Assembly (NCBI GenBank): GCA_041662445.1
Contig: JBAZSL010000002.1
Location: forward strand, 35,423 to 99,422
Length of the DNA: 64,000 bases
Origin: Candidatus Babeliales bacterium
GTDB taxonomy: Bacteria > Babelota > Babeliae > Babelales > RVW-14
Reading direction: 5' to 3'
The position numbers and the translations under genes are program-made. Below the pieces are notes generated by a model that made no database searches, was not told where the DNA came from, and saw only the letters and a list, made by a program, of their open reading frames with translations. Of the stretch, positions 26,882 through 36,483 are shown piece by piece (positions within the stretch are counted from its first letter, which is position 1; every line of letters starts with the position of its first letter).

Positions 26882-28626
26882 AATTTTTACAGCTCTTTAA
26901 TCAACTTCTTACGCGGCGTGATAGATGTGCGCTCACGGTGCTTTTGTTCTTTTCGATGCTTGTTTCTGTAATTGAGACAGTGAGTATAACCGCTGTTATG
27001 CTTTTTGTTTCGGCAGCAACCAATTTCGATTACATTCTTAAAAGTTCATGGGGCAGTTGGTTATATACAAGCAGCGGCTGCCAAACACCATCGGCATTTG
27101 TTATCGCGCTAGGGGTTATTCTCATTATTTTTTATCTCGTTCGCGGTGTCTTGGGTCTTACACATATTTATATGATGGCTCGGTATGCCCATACACGCTA
27201 TCACCGATTTTCAGTACTGTTTTTTTCGCATTTTTTGAAGTTTTCATATGGCGATTTTGTGAACAAAAATTCAGCAGTCGTGGGGCAAGTAATTTTTTCG
27301 CACAGCGGTGCTTTAACGCACATTATGACAGCATTGCTTACGCTTATGTCTGAGATTTTTACAGTGGCATGTATTTATATCATGCTTTTTTGGGTTCATT
27401 GGAAATTGACGCTCATATTAACGGTTTTTTTAAGTGTTAAGGGATTTTTGATTATAAAAGCTTTCGCAAAAGGTATTGCACGTGCTGGTAAACACACACA
27501 ATATCATTCACTTGAGAGTTCAAAAGTCTTTGGTGAGTCATTTGGAAATTTCAAACTTATCAAATTGAGTGTGTCTGAGTCGAGTGCTTCTCGGCGATTT
27601 TCGGAAGCAACATGGGGGCAAGCAAAGGCTCAAATTTCGTACGCAACTTTGCAAAATTCACCACGTTCTGTTCTCGAGACAATGGGCTTTTTATTGCTTA
27701 TTTGCGTTATGATCTATGCGGTATATTTCCACAATAATGCTGGTCTGATTATACCTATGGTCTCGATGTATGCCCTCGCATTCTACCGTCTTTTGCCCTC
27801 GATGAATAAAATTCTTACCACGATTCATCAGATTTCTTTTCACCAACATGCGCTGCAAGGGATTCATGATTTTCTAAAGTTGCCAACAGAAGCTTTAGGC
27901 GATGAACCAATTACCTTCGAACGCCGGGTATGTTTGCGTAATCTTTCGTTTGGCTATGATCCGGCCAGATCCGTTTTAAATGACATTAATCTTACGATTA
28001 CTAAAGGTGAAAGCGTTGCGTTTGTTGGAGCAAGTGGATCGGGGAAAAGCACACTCGTTGATATTCTTATGGGGCTTTATTGCCCACAATCAGGAGAGAT
28101 GCTTATTGATGGGTTGGCTCTTAATGATGCACATCGCCATTCATGGCAGCGTAAAATTGGCTATATTCCACAAACAATTTATCTCTTTGATGGCACGGTA
28201 AAAGAGAATGTTGTTTTTGGGCGGGCATATGATGAGCTCACGCTGACTGCTGTTCTTAAAAAGGCACAAATTTATGATTTTTTATGTACGCAACAACTTT
28301 TTGATACCCGTGTAGGTGAGGGCGGCGTTAAATTGAGCGGTGGCCAAAAACAGCGTATCGCGGTGGCACGAGCATTATATGGCAAGCCAGAGCTCTTAGT
28401 TCTTGATGAGGCAACTTCTGCACTTGATCATGATACCGAATCATGTATTATGGACGAAATTTATCAGCTCAAACGGACGGTGACACTCGTGATTGTTGCT
28501 CATCGAACAAGTACCATTTCCCGTTGCGATAAAGTATATAAAATCGAACAAGGATCTGTTGTCCCCATAACTTTTGATCACATAATGCAGGATAGTTTAC
28601 GAAGCAGGGCGGAACTGGAGCACTGA
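26878..28626 (+). CDS. ABC exporter, fused permease/ATPase (MsbA-like type I exporter)
   Basis: N-terminal six-helix region, Walker A GASGSGKST, signature LSGGQKQR and Walker B LLVLDEATSALD. Confidence 0.85.
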   Translation: MKFLQLFNQLLTRRDRCALTVLLFFSMLVSVIETVSITAVMLFVSAATNFDYILKSSWGSWLYTSSGCQTPSAFVIALGVILIIFYLVRGVLGLTHIYMMARYAHTRYHRFSVLFFSHFLKFSYGDFVNKNSAVVGQVIFSHSGALTHIMTALLTLMSEIFTVACIYIMLFWVHWKLTLILTVFLSVKGFLIIKAFAKGIARAGKHTQYHSLESSKVFGESFGNFKLIKLSVSESSASRRFSEATWGQAKAQISYATLQNSPRSVLETMGFLLLICVMIYAVYFHNNAGLIIPMVSMYALAFYRLLPSMNKILTTIHQISFHQHALQGIHDFLKLPTEALGDEPITFERRVCLRNLSFGYDPARSVLNDINLTITKGESVAFVGASGSGKSTLVDILMGLYCPQSGEMLIDGLALNDAHRHSWQRKIGYIPQTIYLFDGTVKENVVFGRAYDELTLTAVLKKAQIYDFLCTQQLFDTRVGEGGVKLSGGQKQRIAVARALYGKPELLVLDEATSALDHDTESCIMDEIYQLKRTVTLVIVAHRTSTISRCDKVYKIEQGSVVPITFDHIMQDSLRSRAELEH

Positions 28627-28662
28627 TTTTCTGCGCGTCAGAAAATTTGAGGAGAGATGAAG

Positions 28663-29826
28663 ATGAAGCGGGCGCTGATTACCGGTATTACCGGACAAGA
28701 CGGCTCGTATCTTGCGGAGTTTTTGATTGCTCAGGGATACTCGGTTCATGGTGTTATTCGGCGTGCATCGACGTTTAACACCCAGCGCATTGACCATTTG
28801 TACCGCGATCCGCACGATGGTAAATCAAGGCTGTTTCTTTATTATGGCGATATGACCGATACCGGCAGTATTACGAAATTTATTGATGGAATACAACCTG
28901 ATGAGGTGTACCATCTGGCCGCGCAAACGCATGTTAAAGTTTCGTTTCAGATGCCTGAATATACCGGTAATGTAACCGGTTTAGGGACGACAAGAATTCT
29001 TGAGGCTATCAGAGATACGCAACGGCCCATAAAATTTTATCAAGCGTCATCTTCCGAGATGTTTGGTGCCGCACCTGCGCCTCAAAATGAACAGACCACT
29101 TTCCAGCCGCGTAGCCCCTATGCAGCAGCAAAGTTATATGCCTATTGGATGACGGTTAATTACCGCGAAGCTTATGGCCTGTTTGCTTGCAACGGGATTT
29201 TGTTTAATCACGAAAGTCCACGGCGCGGAGAAACATTTGTAACGCGCAAGATTACGCGTGCTCTTGCTCAAATGCGACTGGGTAAACAAAAAAAATTATA
29301 TCTTGGCAATCTCGACACGAAACGTGATTGGGGTTTTGCCCCAGAATATGTTGAAGTGATGTGGCGTATGTTGCAGGTTGATAAACCTGATGATTATGTT
29401 ATTGGCACCGGGCAGAGCCAACCGGTACGTGCCTTTGTTGAAAAAGCCTTCACGTATGTTGGCATCACTTTAGATTGGGTTGGTACAGGAGTTAGTGAGC
29501 GTGCGTTGGTACGCTCTTGTACCGCTGAATGGAAGTCACTTTTCAAGCCTGGTGACTGTATTCTTGAAGTTGATTCGCATTATTTCCGTCCAACTGAGGT
29601 TGACCATTTGCAAGCTGATGCCAGCAAAGCGCGCACGCTTCTTGGTTGGCAGCCACGTATTACGCTGGATGAACTTGTGGCGATTATGATCGATTACGAT
29701 TTTAAATATGTAGGTCTTCCGATGCTTGGCGAGGGTTTTGCGACGTGCAAAAATAAAAATTTTTCTTACACAAATCACGATTTTACTTTGCAACAGCAAA
29801 CGCAGGATGTAGAGGGCTTGCCATGA
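28663..29826 (+). CDS. gmd: GDP-mannose 4,6-dehydratase
   Basis: [22 protein letters not shown] and [16 protein letters not shown] lies 8 nt upstream of the ATG at 28663. The in-frame ATG at 28657 is too close to the SD. Confidence 0.9.
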   Translation: MKRALITGITGQDGSYLAEFLIAQGYSVHGVIRRASTFNTQRIDHLYRDPHDGKSRLFLYYGDMTDTGSITKFIDGIQPDEVYHLAAQTHVKVSFQMPEYTGNVTGLGTTRILEAIRDTQRPIKFYQASSSEMFGAAPAPQNEQTTFQPRSPYAAAKLYAYWMTVNYREAYGLFACNGILFNHESPRRGETFVTRKITRALAQMRLGKQKKLYLGNLDTKRDWGFAPEYVEVMWRMLQVDKPDDYVIGTGQSQPVRAFVEKAFTYVGITLDWVGTGVSERALVRSCTAEWKSLFKPGDCILEVDSHYFRPTEVDHLQADASKARTLLGWQPRITLDELVAIMIDYDFKYVGLPMLGEGFATCKNKNFSYTNHDFTLQQQTQDVEGLP

Positions 29827-30917
29827 TGACCACGTCTTCAAAAATTTACGTTGCGGGCCATCAGGGACTGGTTGGATCTGCCTTGGTCCGTACATTGAGC
29901 AGTAACGGTTATAACAATCTTGTTGTTCGCTCATTTCACGAATTAGACTTGCGTAACCAGCAGCAGGTAACAAAATTTTTTGATGAGCAGCGTCCGGAAT
30001 ATGTTTTTTTAGCAGCGGCAAAAGTTGGTGGCATTGGTGCCAACTCAACGTATAAAGCTGAATTTATTTACGACAATATGATGATTGCCGCACATGTAAT
30101 TCATGCATCATATTGTTACGGCGTTAAAAAACTCATTAATTTTGGGTCCTCGTGTATTTACCCGCGACTCGCACCCCAGCCGCTTAAAGAGGAATATTTG
30201 CTGTCAGGCCCATTTGAACCGACCAATGAGCCATATGCCATTGCCAAAATTGCAGCGCTTAAACTATGCCGTTACTACAATGAGCAATACGGGACCAATT
30301 TTATTTCGCTTATGCCGACGAATTTGTATGGTCCTTATGACAACTTTAATCTTGAAACGGCGCATGTTCTTCCGGCGCTTATACGTAAATTTCATCTCGC
30401 TAAATTGCTGATGCAGGGCGATCATGATGCCGTGCGAGAAGATTTTAAACGCTATCCCGTTGGTTATGGTATAACCGCTGTTGATCTTTTGGATCCTGCC
30501 AGAATCACTTCTATTTTAGAACGTTGCGGTATTGCCGATGGAGCCGTAACGTTGTGGGGAAGCGGTACACCCTGCCGAGAATTTCTCCACGTTGATGACG
30601 TTGCACGTGCAGCAGTTATTCTAGCTGAGCACTATGATTATTGCGATGTTGGCGAATGCATTAATGTTGGGACTGGTACTGATTGTGCGATTTGCGAATT
30701 AGCCGATTTGATAAAACAAATTATTGGATTTAATGGGCGTATTGTATATGGCACGAAGGTGTTGGATGGTATGCCGCGCAAGTGCCTGAATATATCAAAA
30801 ATCGAGGCTCTGAATTGGAAGCCCTCAATTACTTTGGCAGATGGCCTCAAGAATGTTTATTCATGGTATGTGCATGCATGTCCAGATGAGGAGAGTTGTC
30901 ATCATGCTACGCTATAA
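29823..30917 (+). CDS. fcl: GDP-L-fucose synthase (GDP-4-keto-6-deoxymannose 3,5-epimerase/4-reductase)
   Basis: [26 protein letters not shown] and [12 protein letters not shown] overlap with gmd. Confidence 0.9.
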   Translation: MMTTSSKIYVAGHQGLVGSALVRTLSSNGYNNLVVRSFHELDLRNQQQVTKFFDEQRPEYVFLAAAKVGGIGANSTYKAEFIYDNMMIAAHVIHASYCYGVKKLINFGSSCIYPRLAPQPLKEEYLLSGPFEPTNEPYAIAKIAALKLCRYYNEQYGTNFISLMPTNLYGPYDNFNLETAHVLPALIRKFHLAKLLMQGDHDAVREDFKRYPVGYGITAVDLLDPARITSILERCGIADGAVTLWGSGTPCREFLHVDDVARAAVILAEHYDYCDVGECINVGTGTDCAICELADLIKQIIGFNGRIVYGTKVLDGMPRKCLNISKIEALNWKPSITLADGLKNVYSWYVHACPDEESCHHATL

Positions 30918-31938
30918 ATCAGTTTTAGTTACCGGAGGGACCGGTTCATTTGGAAAAGCCTTTGTCCGGACAATTTTGCAACGATATCCACATCTGGAGC
31001 GTGTAATTGTTTTATCTCGTGATGAGTTTAAACAATTTGAGATGTCCAATATGCCCGAGTTTAGAAATGATCAGCGGCTGAGGTTCTTTGTTGGCGATGT
31101 GCGAGACAAGGATCGACTTTATAGGGCATTTGATGCTGTTGATGTTATCATTCATGCCGCTGCACTCAAGCAGGTGCCGTCATGCGAATACAATCCTTTT
31201 GAAGCGATCAAAACAAATATTCTTGGGGCTCAGAATGTTATAGATGCGGCAATAGATAGAAATGTTAAACGAGTTATTGCGTTGAGTACTGATAAGGCCT
31301 GTGCTCCCATTAATTTATACGGTGCTACTAAACTGTGTTCGGATAAGTTGTTTATTGCAGGAAATGTTTATGTAGGTACACATGAGACACGTTTTGCGGT
31401 TGTGCGTTATGGTAACGTTGTAGCAAGTAGGGGATCAGTTATTCCCTATTTTCAGCAGCTTATCAATAATGGTGCACGTGAACTTCCGATTACTGATGTG
31501 CGTATGACGCGTTTTTGGCTTCGGCTGGAACATGCAGTAGACATGGTGATCCACGCATTGCAGGTTATGGATGGCGGTGAGCTTTTTGTTAAAAAAATCC
31601 CCTCAATGAGAATTGTGGACTTGGCACAGGCAATGGCCCCTGACCTTCCCATCATCGAAGTTGGTATTCGCCCAGGTGAAAAAATTCACGAGATGATGAT
31701 CTCTCGGGAAGATGCACGCAGTACGTATGATTTCGATTCATATTATGTTATTTACCAGCATGGAAATCGTGGCAAGGGAATTCCGGTAAATCCTGATTTC
31801 GAATATCATAGCGGCAATAATGCCGAATGGCTTTCGATTGAGCAAATGCGTTATATGCTCGGTTGTAAGAACGATGAATTATTCAGCAAAATTCACTCAC
31901 ATAAACGATTTACACAAACAGCGCAGGGTGGTGTCTAG
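30904..31938 (+). CDS. pseB: UDP-N-acetylglucosamine 4,6-dehydratase (inverting), PseB/FlaA1 type
   Basis: VLVTGGTGSFGKAFV, HAAALKQVP..EYNP, INLYGATKLCSDKLF, VVRYGNVVASRGSVIPYF and RPGEKIHE match PseB almost motif for motif. GAGGAG is upstream of the ATG at 30904. Confidence 0.9.
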   Translation: MLRYKSVLVTGGTGSFGKAFVRTILQRYPHLERVIVLSRDEFKQFEMSNMPEFRNDQRLRFFVGDVRDKDRLYRAFDAVDVIIHAAALKQVPSCEYNPFEAIKTNILGAQNVIDAAIDRNVKRVIALSTDKACAPINLYGATKLCSDKLFIAGNVYVGTHETRFAVVRYGNVVASRGSVIPYFQQLINNGARELPITDVRMTRFWLRLEHAVDMVIHALQVMDGGELFVKKIPSMRIVDLAQAMAPDLPIIEVGIRPGEKIHEMMISREDARSTYDFDSYYVIYQHGNRGKGIPVNPDFEYHSGNNAEWLSIEQMRYMLGCKNDELFSKIHSHKRFTQTAQGGV

Positions 31939-31941
31939 CGC

Positions 31942-33099
31942 ATGTTCGGAGCAACAAAAAAATACTCTTACGGTAAGCAAACGATATCATGTAGCGATAT
32001 GTGGGCGGTACTCAAAGCCCTACGGTCATCATGGTTGACGCAAGGTCCTAAGGTACGTGAATTTGAACAGGCTCTTTGCTCGTACACCGGAGCTCGTTAT
32101 TGTGTGGTGGTTGCCAATGCCACTGCGGCGCTTCATATCGCTCTATTGGCACTCAAGATTTCACCTCTTGATCGCGTCGTTACCTCTCCGATTACCTTTG
32201 TTGCTTCGGCCAACAGTATTTTACATGCAGGTGGCAATGTTCAGTTTGCTGACATTTGTCCCGAAACCGCATGCATAGATCCGTGTGAGATTGAAAAAAA
32301 TATTACGCAAGAAACCAAAGGAATAATGCCGGTCCATTTTGCTGGACAGTCGTGTGATATGGAGCGTATTGCTACCATTGCAAAATCTCGAAATTTATTT
32401 GTTGTCGAAGATGCCGCCCATGCCCTGGGCTCACATTATAAAGATGAAAAAGTTGGCTCCTGTCGTTATTCAGATGCGGCTATTTTTTCATTTCATCCCG
32501 TTAAAAATATTACGACAGGTGAAGGTGGCGCCATTACCACCAACCGAGAGGATCTATACGAAGTAATGTTGATGCTACGGACGCACGGCATTACGCGTGA
32601 TCCAGCACGTATGACGAAGAACGATGGAGCATGGTATTACGAACAACAGTTGCTCGGGTTTAATTATAGAATTACTGATATTCAGTGTGCGCTTGGTCTT
32701 TCGCAGCTCAAACGCCTTGATACCTTTGTGCAGCAACGAAGAGAATTGGTCGAAATGTATCGTGAAGAATTTAGGGATGATGCGCGCTTTTGCCTATTAC
32801 AGGAAAACAAATATTCACGAGCAGCATTCCATCTATTTCCACTGCTTATTGATTTTAACGAGATCAAAATAAATAAAAAAAATTTATGTGCTGCTTTGGC
32901 TCAAAAAGGAGTGCATACACAGGTGCACTATATTCCGGTTCATATACAGCCCTATTATAGAAATCTTGGGTTTGTTTCTGGGAGTTTTCCGCATGCAGAA
33001 TCGTATTATCAGCGAACACTCTCTCTTCCTCTCTATCCATTGCTAAGATCGCGTGATATCAAAAATATTGTAAAAATCATAAAAACAACAGCTGTGTAA
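31942..33099 (+). CDS. pseC: UDP-4-amino-4,6-dideoxy-N-acetyl-beta-L-altrosamine transaminase (DegT/DnrJ/EryC1 family)
   Basis: YGKQTIS N-terminus, ATAALHIAL and the PLP-lysine segment SFHPVKNITTGEGG. Its position is directly after pseB. Confidence 0.85.
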   Translation: MFGATKKYSYGKQTISCSDMWAVLKALRSSWLTQGPKVREFEQALCSYTGARYCVVVANATAALHIALLALKISPLDRVVTSPITFVASANSILHAGGNVQFADICPETACIDPCEIEKNITQETKGIMPVHFAGQSCDMERIATIAKSRNLFVVEDAAHALGSHYKDEKVGSCRYSDAAIFSFHPVKNITTGEGGAITTNREDLYEVMLMLRTHGITRDPARMTKNDGAWYYEQQLLGFNYRITDIQCALGLSQLKRLDTFVQQRRELVEMYREEFRDDARFCLLQENKYSRAAFHLFPLLIDFNEIKINKKNLCAALAQKGVHTQVHYIPVHIQPYYRNLGFVSGSFPHAESYYQRTLSLPLYPLLRSRDIKNIVKIIKTTAV

Positions 33100-33112
33100 A
33101 AATGAGGCGACT

Positions 33113-34375
33113 ATGTTTAAAATTGGGTTGAAACTTTGGTCGACGAATGAGCAGTATGTGAATGAAGCGATTCGTCTCTGCGAACATGGTTTTTGCGATT
33201 ATATTGAGCTTTTTGCTGTGCCGAAATCATTCGAGCACCATGTTGGTCTATGGGCGGCGGTCAAGAAAAAAACCAATATTATGATGATAATTCACGCGGC
33301 GCATTTGCGTGAAGGGGTAAATCTGGCTCAATCACCGTGCTTTGAGAATAATATGGTTGTTGCACGAGAAGCGCTTGCCTTTGCTGATGAACTTGGGGCC
33401 TTGTCGGTCATTTTTCATCCCGGAACAAATGGACAATGGCAGGAAACCTGTCGACAAATTTCTCATATTCGTGATGCACGCATTGTTATCGAAAATAAAC
33501 CATATTTTGTTTCTCCTGAATTGATTTGTAATGGTGCAACCTATGAAGAGGTTAAATCAATTATTGACACAACGAGAGCTGGTTTTTGTTGTGACATAGG
33601 TCACGCCGTTTGTGCTGCAAATGCGTTGCACCAAGATCAACTTGAGTACGTGAAAAAATTTTTATCATTGCAACCACGCATGTTCCATCTTGCTGACGGG
33701 GATTGGTGCGGCGTGTATGATCAGCATGATCATCTGGGACATGGATTATTCAAATTAAACGAGCTGCTGCGTTTATTGCCTGAAGATAGCATGATTACCT
33801 TGGAAACAGCGCACGATTCCGATCATAGTTTAGTCGATTTTGAATCGGATGTTGCATATGTGCGCATGCTAGAAAAGCAGTGGCTCCGAGAACGTACGAA
33901 TGCCGATATTACTATTGATCCAGCAACGTTGGACGATCTGCATGATATTTTTAATCTTTCAAATGATGATGAAGTTAGAAGAAATTCGATCAATATTCAA
34001 AAAATTGCCTGGAATGACCATGTTGCATGGTTCAACGAACAAATAAGAAGCAAAGAGGATTATTTTTTTGTGGCACGCAACAAAAATAATGATTTTGTTG
34101 GACAGGTACGTTTTGACAAGGTGCGCACTGAAAATTGTCTTCGTATCAGTGTAAGTTTGTGCAAAGAGTTCCGCAATAAGGGTCTTGGTGCTCATCTTAT
34201 AGCATTGAGCTCTCAAAGAGTCCTTCACAATACACAGGCAACAAAAATATGTGCTTATATCAAGCCTGAAAACGGAGCATCCATAAAAGCTTTTTCTAAG
34301 GCTGGTTATGTTGCCGTTGGTAGTGTAAAAGTTGATGGAGTTGAATTGTCGGTGTTTGAATGTACATTGCGATAA
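33113..34375 (+). CDS. fusion: xylose-isomerase-like TIM-barrel (AP_endonuc_2) domain + PseH-like GNAT N-acetyltransferase domain
   Basis: The N-terminal ~255 aa show the TIM-barrel pattern (IFHPG, VIENKP, CCDIGHA, HLADGD, ITLET). The C-terminal ~150 aa are GNAT-like (FVARNKNNDFVGQVRFD, RNKGLGAHL, ENGASIKAFSKAGY). The gene sits between pseC and pseI, where pseH and pseG are expected. Confidence 0.6.
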   Translation: MFKIGLKLWSTNEQYVNEAIRLCEHGFCDYIELFAVPKSFEHHVGLWAAVKKKTNIMMIIHAAHLREGVNLAQSPCFENNMVVAREALAFADELGALSVIFHPGTNGQWQETCRQISHIRDARIVIENKPYFVSPELICNGATYEEVKSIIDTTRAGFCCDIGHAVCAANALHQDQLEYVKKFLSLQPRMFHLADGDWCGVYDQHDHLGHGLFKLNELLRLLPEDSMITLETAHDSDHSLVDFESDVAYVRMLEKQWLRERTNADITIDPATLDDLHDIFNLSNDDEVRRNSINIQKIAWNDHVAWFNEQIRSKEDYFFVARNKNNDFVGQVRFDKVRTENCLRISVSLCKEFRNKGLGAHLIALSSQRVLHNTQATKICAYIKPENGASIKAFSKAGYVAVGSVKVDGVELSVFECTLR

Positions 34376-34397
34376 TGCAGTAAAAAAGAGATGAGAA

Positions 34398-35450
34398 ATG
34401 AGAGATATTGTTATCGACAGCATAAAAATTGGAAGGCAGCACCCACCGTTTGTTGTCGCTGAAATGTCGGGCAATCATAATCAGTCGTTGCAGCGGGCAC
34501 TTCAACTTGTTGAGGCTGCCGCATATGCAGGCGTTAACGCCGTTAAGCTTCAAACATATACCGCAGATACCATAACGCTTGATGTACAAAGCGACGACTT
34601 TATGATCAATGATGCAAAAAGTCTTTGGCGCGGGGCAACGCTACATGCACTGTATCAACAATCCTATACTCCTTGGGCGTGGCACAAGCAAATTATGGAG
34701 AAATGTAAGCAACATGGATTGTTGTGTTTTAGCACACCCTTTGACGAGACAGCAGTCGATTTTTTGGAATCACTGAATGTCCCCTGTTACAAAATTGCTT
34801 CTTTTGAAGTTGTTCATTTACCTTTGATAAAAAAAGTTGCCTCGACCGGTAAACCATTGATTATTTCGACGGGGCTTGCAAATGTTGCCGAGCTCTATGA
34901 GGCGGTTGCGGTTGCGCATTCGGCAGGTTGTCGTGATATTGTTTTGCTTAAATGCACAAGTACGTATCCAGCCGAGCCGGTGGATTCAAATCTTATAACT
35001 ATTCCTCATATGCAGACTCTTTTCGATTGCCATGTTGGACTGTCAGATCACACGTTGGGCTTGGGTGTTAGTGTTGCCAGTATTGCATTAGGTGCAACTT
35101 TTATAGAAAAGCATTTTACGTTATGTAGGGCTGATGGTGGTGCTGATGCTGAATTTTCATTAGAACCTGAAGAAATGAAAAATTTAGTTATTGAAATAAG
35201 CCGCGCATGGCAGGCGCTTGGAAATGTTGCTTATGGACCAACGTTACATGAAAAAAAATCACTTCAATTTAGAAGATCCATTTATGCTTCACGGGATATT
35301 ATGGCTGGAGAAATTTTAAGTGCAGAGAATTTGAAGATCATTAGACCAGGATATGGACTAGCTCCTAAGTATTTGGAAGTGATTGTTGGGAGAAAAGCTT
35401 TACGTGATATTACTAAAGGAACGCCTGTAGATTGGCAAATGTTTGTATAA
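34398..35450 (+). CDS. pseI: pseudaminic acid synthase (NeuB family with C-terminal SAF domain)
   Basis: PFVVAEMSGNHNQSL, VKLQTYTADT, YKIASFE, LLKCTSTYPA and GLSDHTLG, with a C-terminal SAF-like region (IRPGYGL). Confidence 0.85.
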   Translation: MRDIVIDSIKIGRQHPPFVVAEMSGNHNQSLQRALQLVEAAAYAGVNAVKLQTYTADTITLDVQSDDFMINDAKSLWRGATLHALYQQSYTPWAWHKQIMEKCKQHGLLCFSTPFDETAVDFLESLNVPCYKIASFEVVHLPLIKKVASTGKPLIISTGLANVAELYEAVAVAHSAGCRDIVLLKCTSTYPAEPVDSNLITIPHMQTLFDCHVGLSDHTLGLGVSVASIALGATFIEKHFTLCRADGGADAEFSLEPEEMKNLVIEISRAWQALGNVAYGPTLHEKKSLQFRRSIYASRDIMAGEILSAENLKIIRPGYGLAPKYLEVIVGRKALRDITKGTPVDWQMFV

Positions 35451-35469
35451 CAACTAAGGATGATTGGTA

Positions 35470-36483
35470 ATGAAAAGAGTAAAAATTCTTGAGACGACGC
35501 TCAGAGATGGAAGCTATGCCATAAATTTTTCTTTTACGATCAAGGATACGGCACTCATATGCAGAGAATTGGAGGCGGCAGGCCTTGAGTTTATAGAAAT
35601 TGGACATGGCGTTGGCCTCAACGCTTCGAATTGTGGCTATGGGCAGGCGGCGCAGACGGATGAAGAATATTTAGAAGCTGCTGCAAGCGTCTTGAGCAAG
35701 GCTAAATTTGGAATGTTTTGTATTCCTGGAATTGCGCGGCTTGAGGATATTGATATGGCTGCGCAGTACAAAATGGGGTTTATCAGGATAGGTACTAATG
35801 TTACCGAAGTTGCATCTTCGCAGCCTTTTATCCAAAGGGCCAAACAACACGGAATGTTCGTGTGCGCGAATTTTATGAAATCTTATGCTATGGCCCCTCT
35901 GGAATTTGCAAAAATGGTGAAACTTTCGGAGAGTTTTGGTGCAGATATGGTCTATGTTGTGGACTCTGCAGGCGGAATGTTCCCCGATGATATAAAAAGC
36001 TACTACCAAGCAATAAGGGAAGTATCGAATGTTCCTTTGGGGTTTCATGGGCATGACAATCTTGCATTTGCTGTGTACAACAGCATTTATGCTGCTGAGC
36101 AGGGTTTTGAAATTGTTGATAGTTCTTTGCAGGGACTGGGAAGAAGTTCCGGTAATGCGGCTACAGAAAATTTAATAGCAGCGCTTATGAAAAAAAAATA
36201 TTGCCTAGACATAGATTTTTTCAAAATTTTAGCCATCGGCCAGAAGTATATAAAACCATTGATAACTTCTAAAGGGAAGGGCGCCTTAGATATTGTTGCG
36301 GGCTTTTCGGAATTTCATTCAAGTTATATGTGTTATATCAACAAGTTCGCTGCACAGTACGAAATAGATCCGGCGCGCTTAATGATTGAGGTAAGCAATG
36401 TTGATAAAATTAATGTTACCGAAAAAATGGTTGAGCGTGTTGCTGCGCATATCGCCGAAGAAAAACCGCGGGATTTATATTGA
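35470..36483 (+). CDS. HMGL-like/DmpG-like aldolase (pyruvate carboxyltransferase TIM barrel)
   Basis: ILETTLRDGSYA, VVDSAGGMFP and GFHGHDNLAFAV follow the 4-hydroxy-2-oxovalerate aldolase pattern. AAGGA is upstream of the ATG at 35470. Confidence 0.7.
   Translation: MKRVKILETTLRDGSYAINFSFTIKDTALICRELEAAGLEFIEIGHGVGLNASNCGYGQAAQTDEEYLEAAASVLSKAKFGMFCIPGIARLEDIDMAAQYKMGFIRIGTNVTEVASSQPFIQRAKQHGMFVCANFMKSYAMAPLEFAKMVKLSESFGADMVYVVDSAGGMFPDDIKSYYQAIREVSNVPLGFHGHDNLAFAVYNSIYAAEQGFEIVDSSLQGLGRSSGNAATENLIAALMKKKYCLDIDFFKILAIGQKYIKPLITSKGKGALDIVAGFSEFHSSYMCYINKFAAQYEIDPARLMIEVSNVDKINVTEKMVERVAAHIAEEKPRDLY

Noticed and set aside
29536-30048. 170-aa antisense ORF across the gmd/fcl junction. Similar long shadow ORFs occur at 33959-34474, 36333-36820, 47437-47892, 4033-4428, 6248-6607, 12208-12606, 13188-13589 and 41744-42139.
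   Set aside because: All lie fully inside genes with strong family motifs in another frame or strand. They have no SD and a skewed composition, as expected for shadow ORFs.
36190-36198. A9 homopolymer tracts inside glycan genes (also at 38066-38074 and 50678-50686) as slipped-strand phase-variation switches
   Set aside because: They encode Lys-Lys-Lys runs in an AT-rich coding context. No long G/C tracts of the kind that drive phase variation in known pse loci are present, and all three genes are intact.
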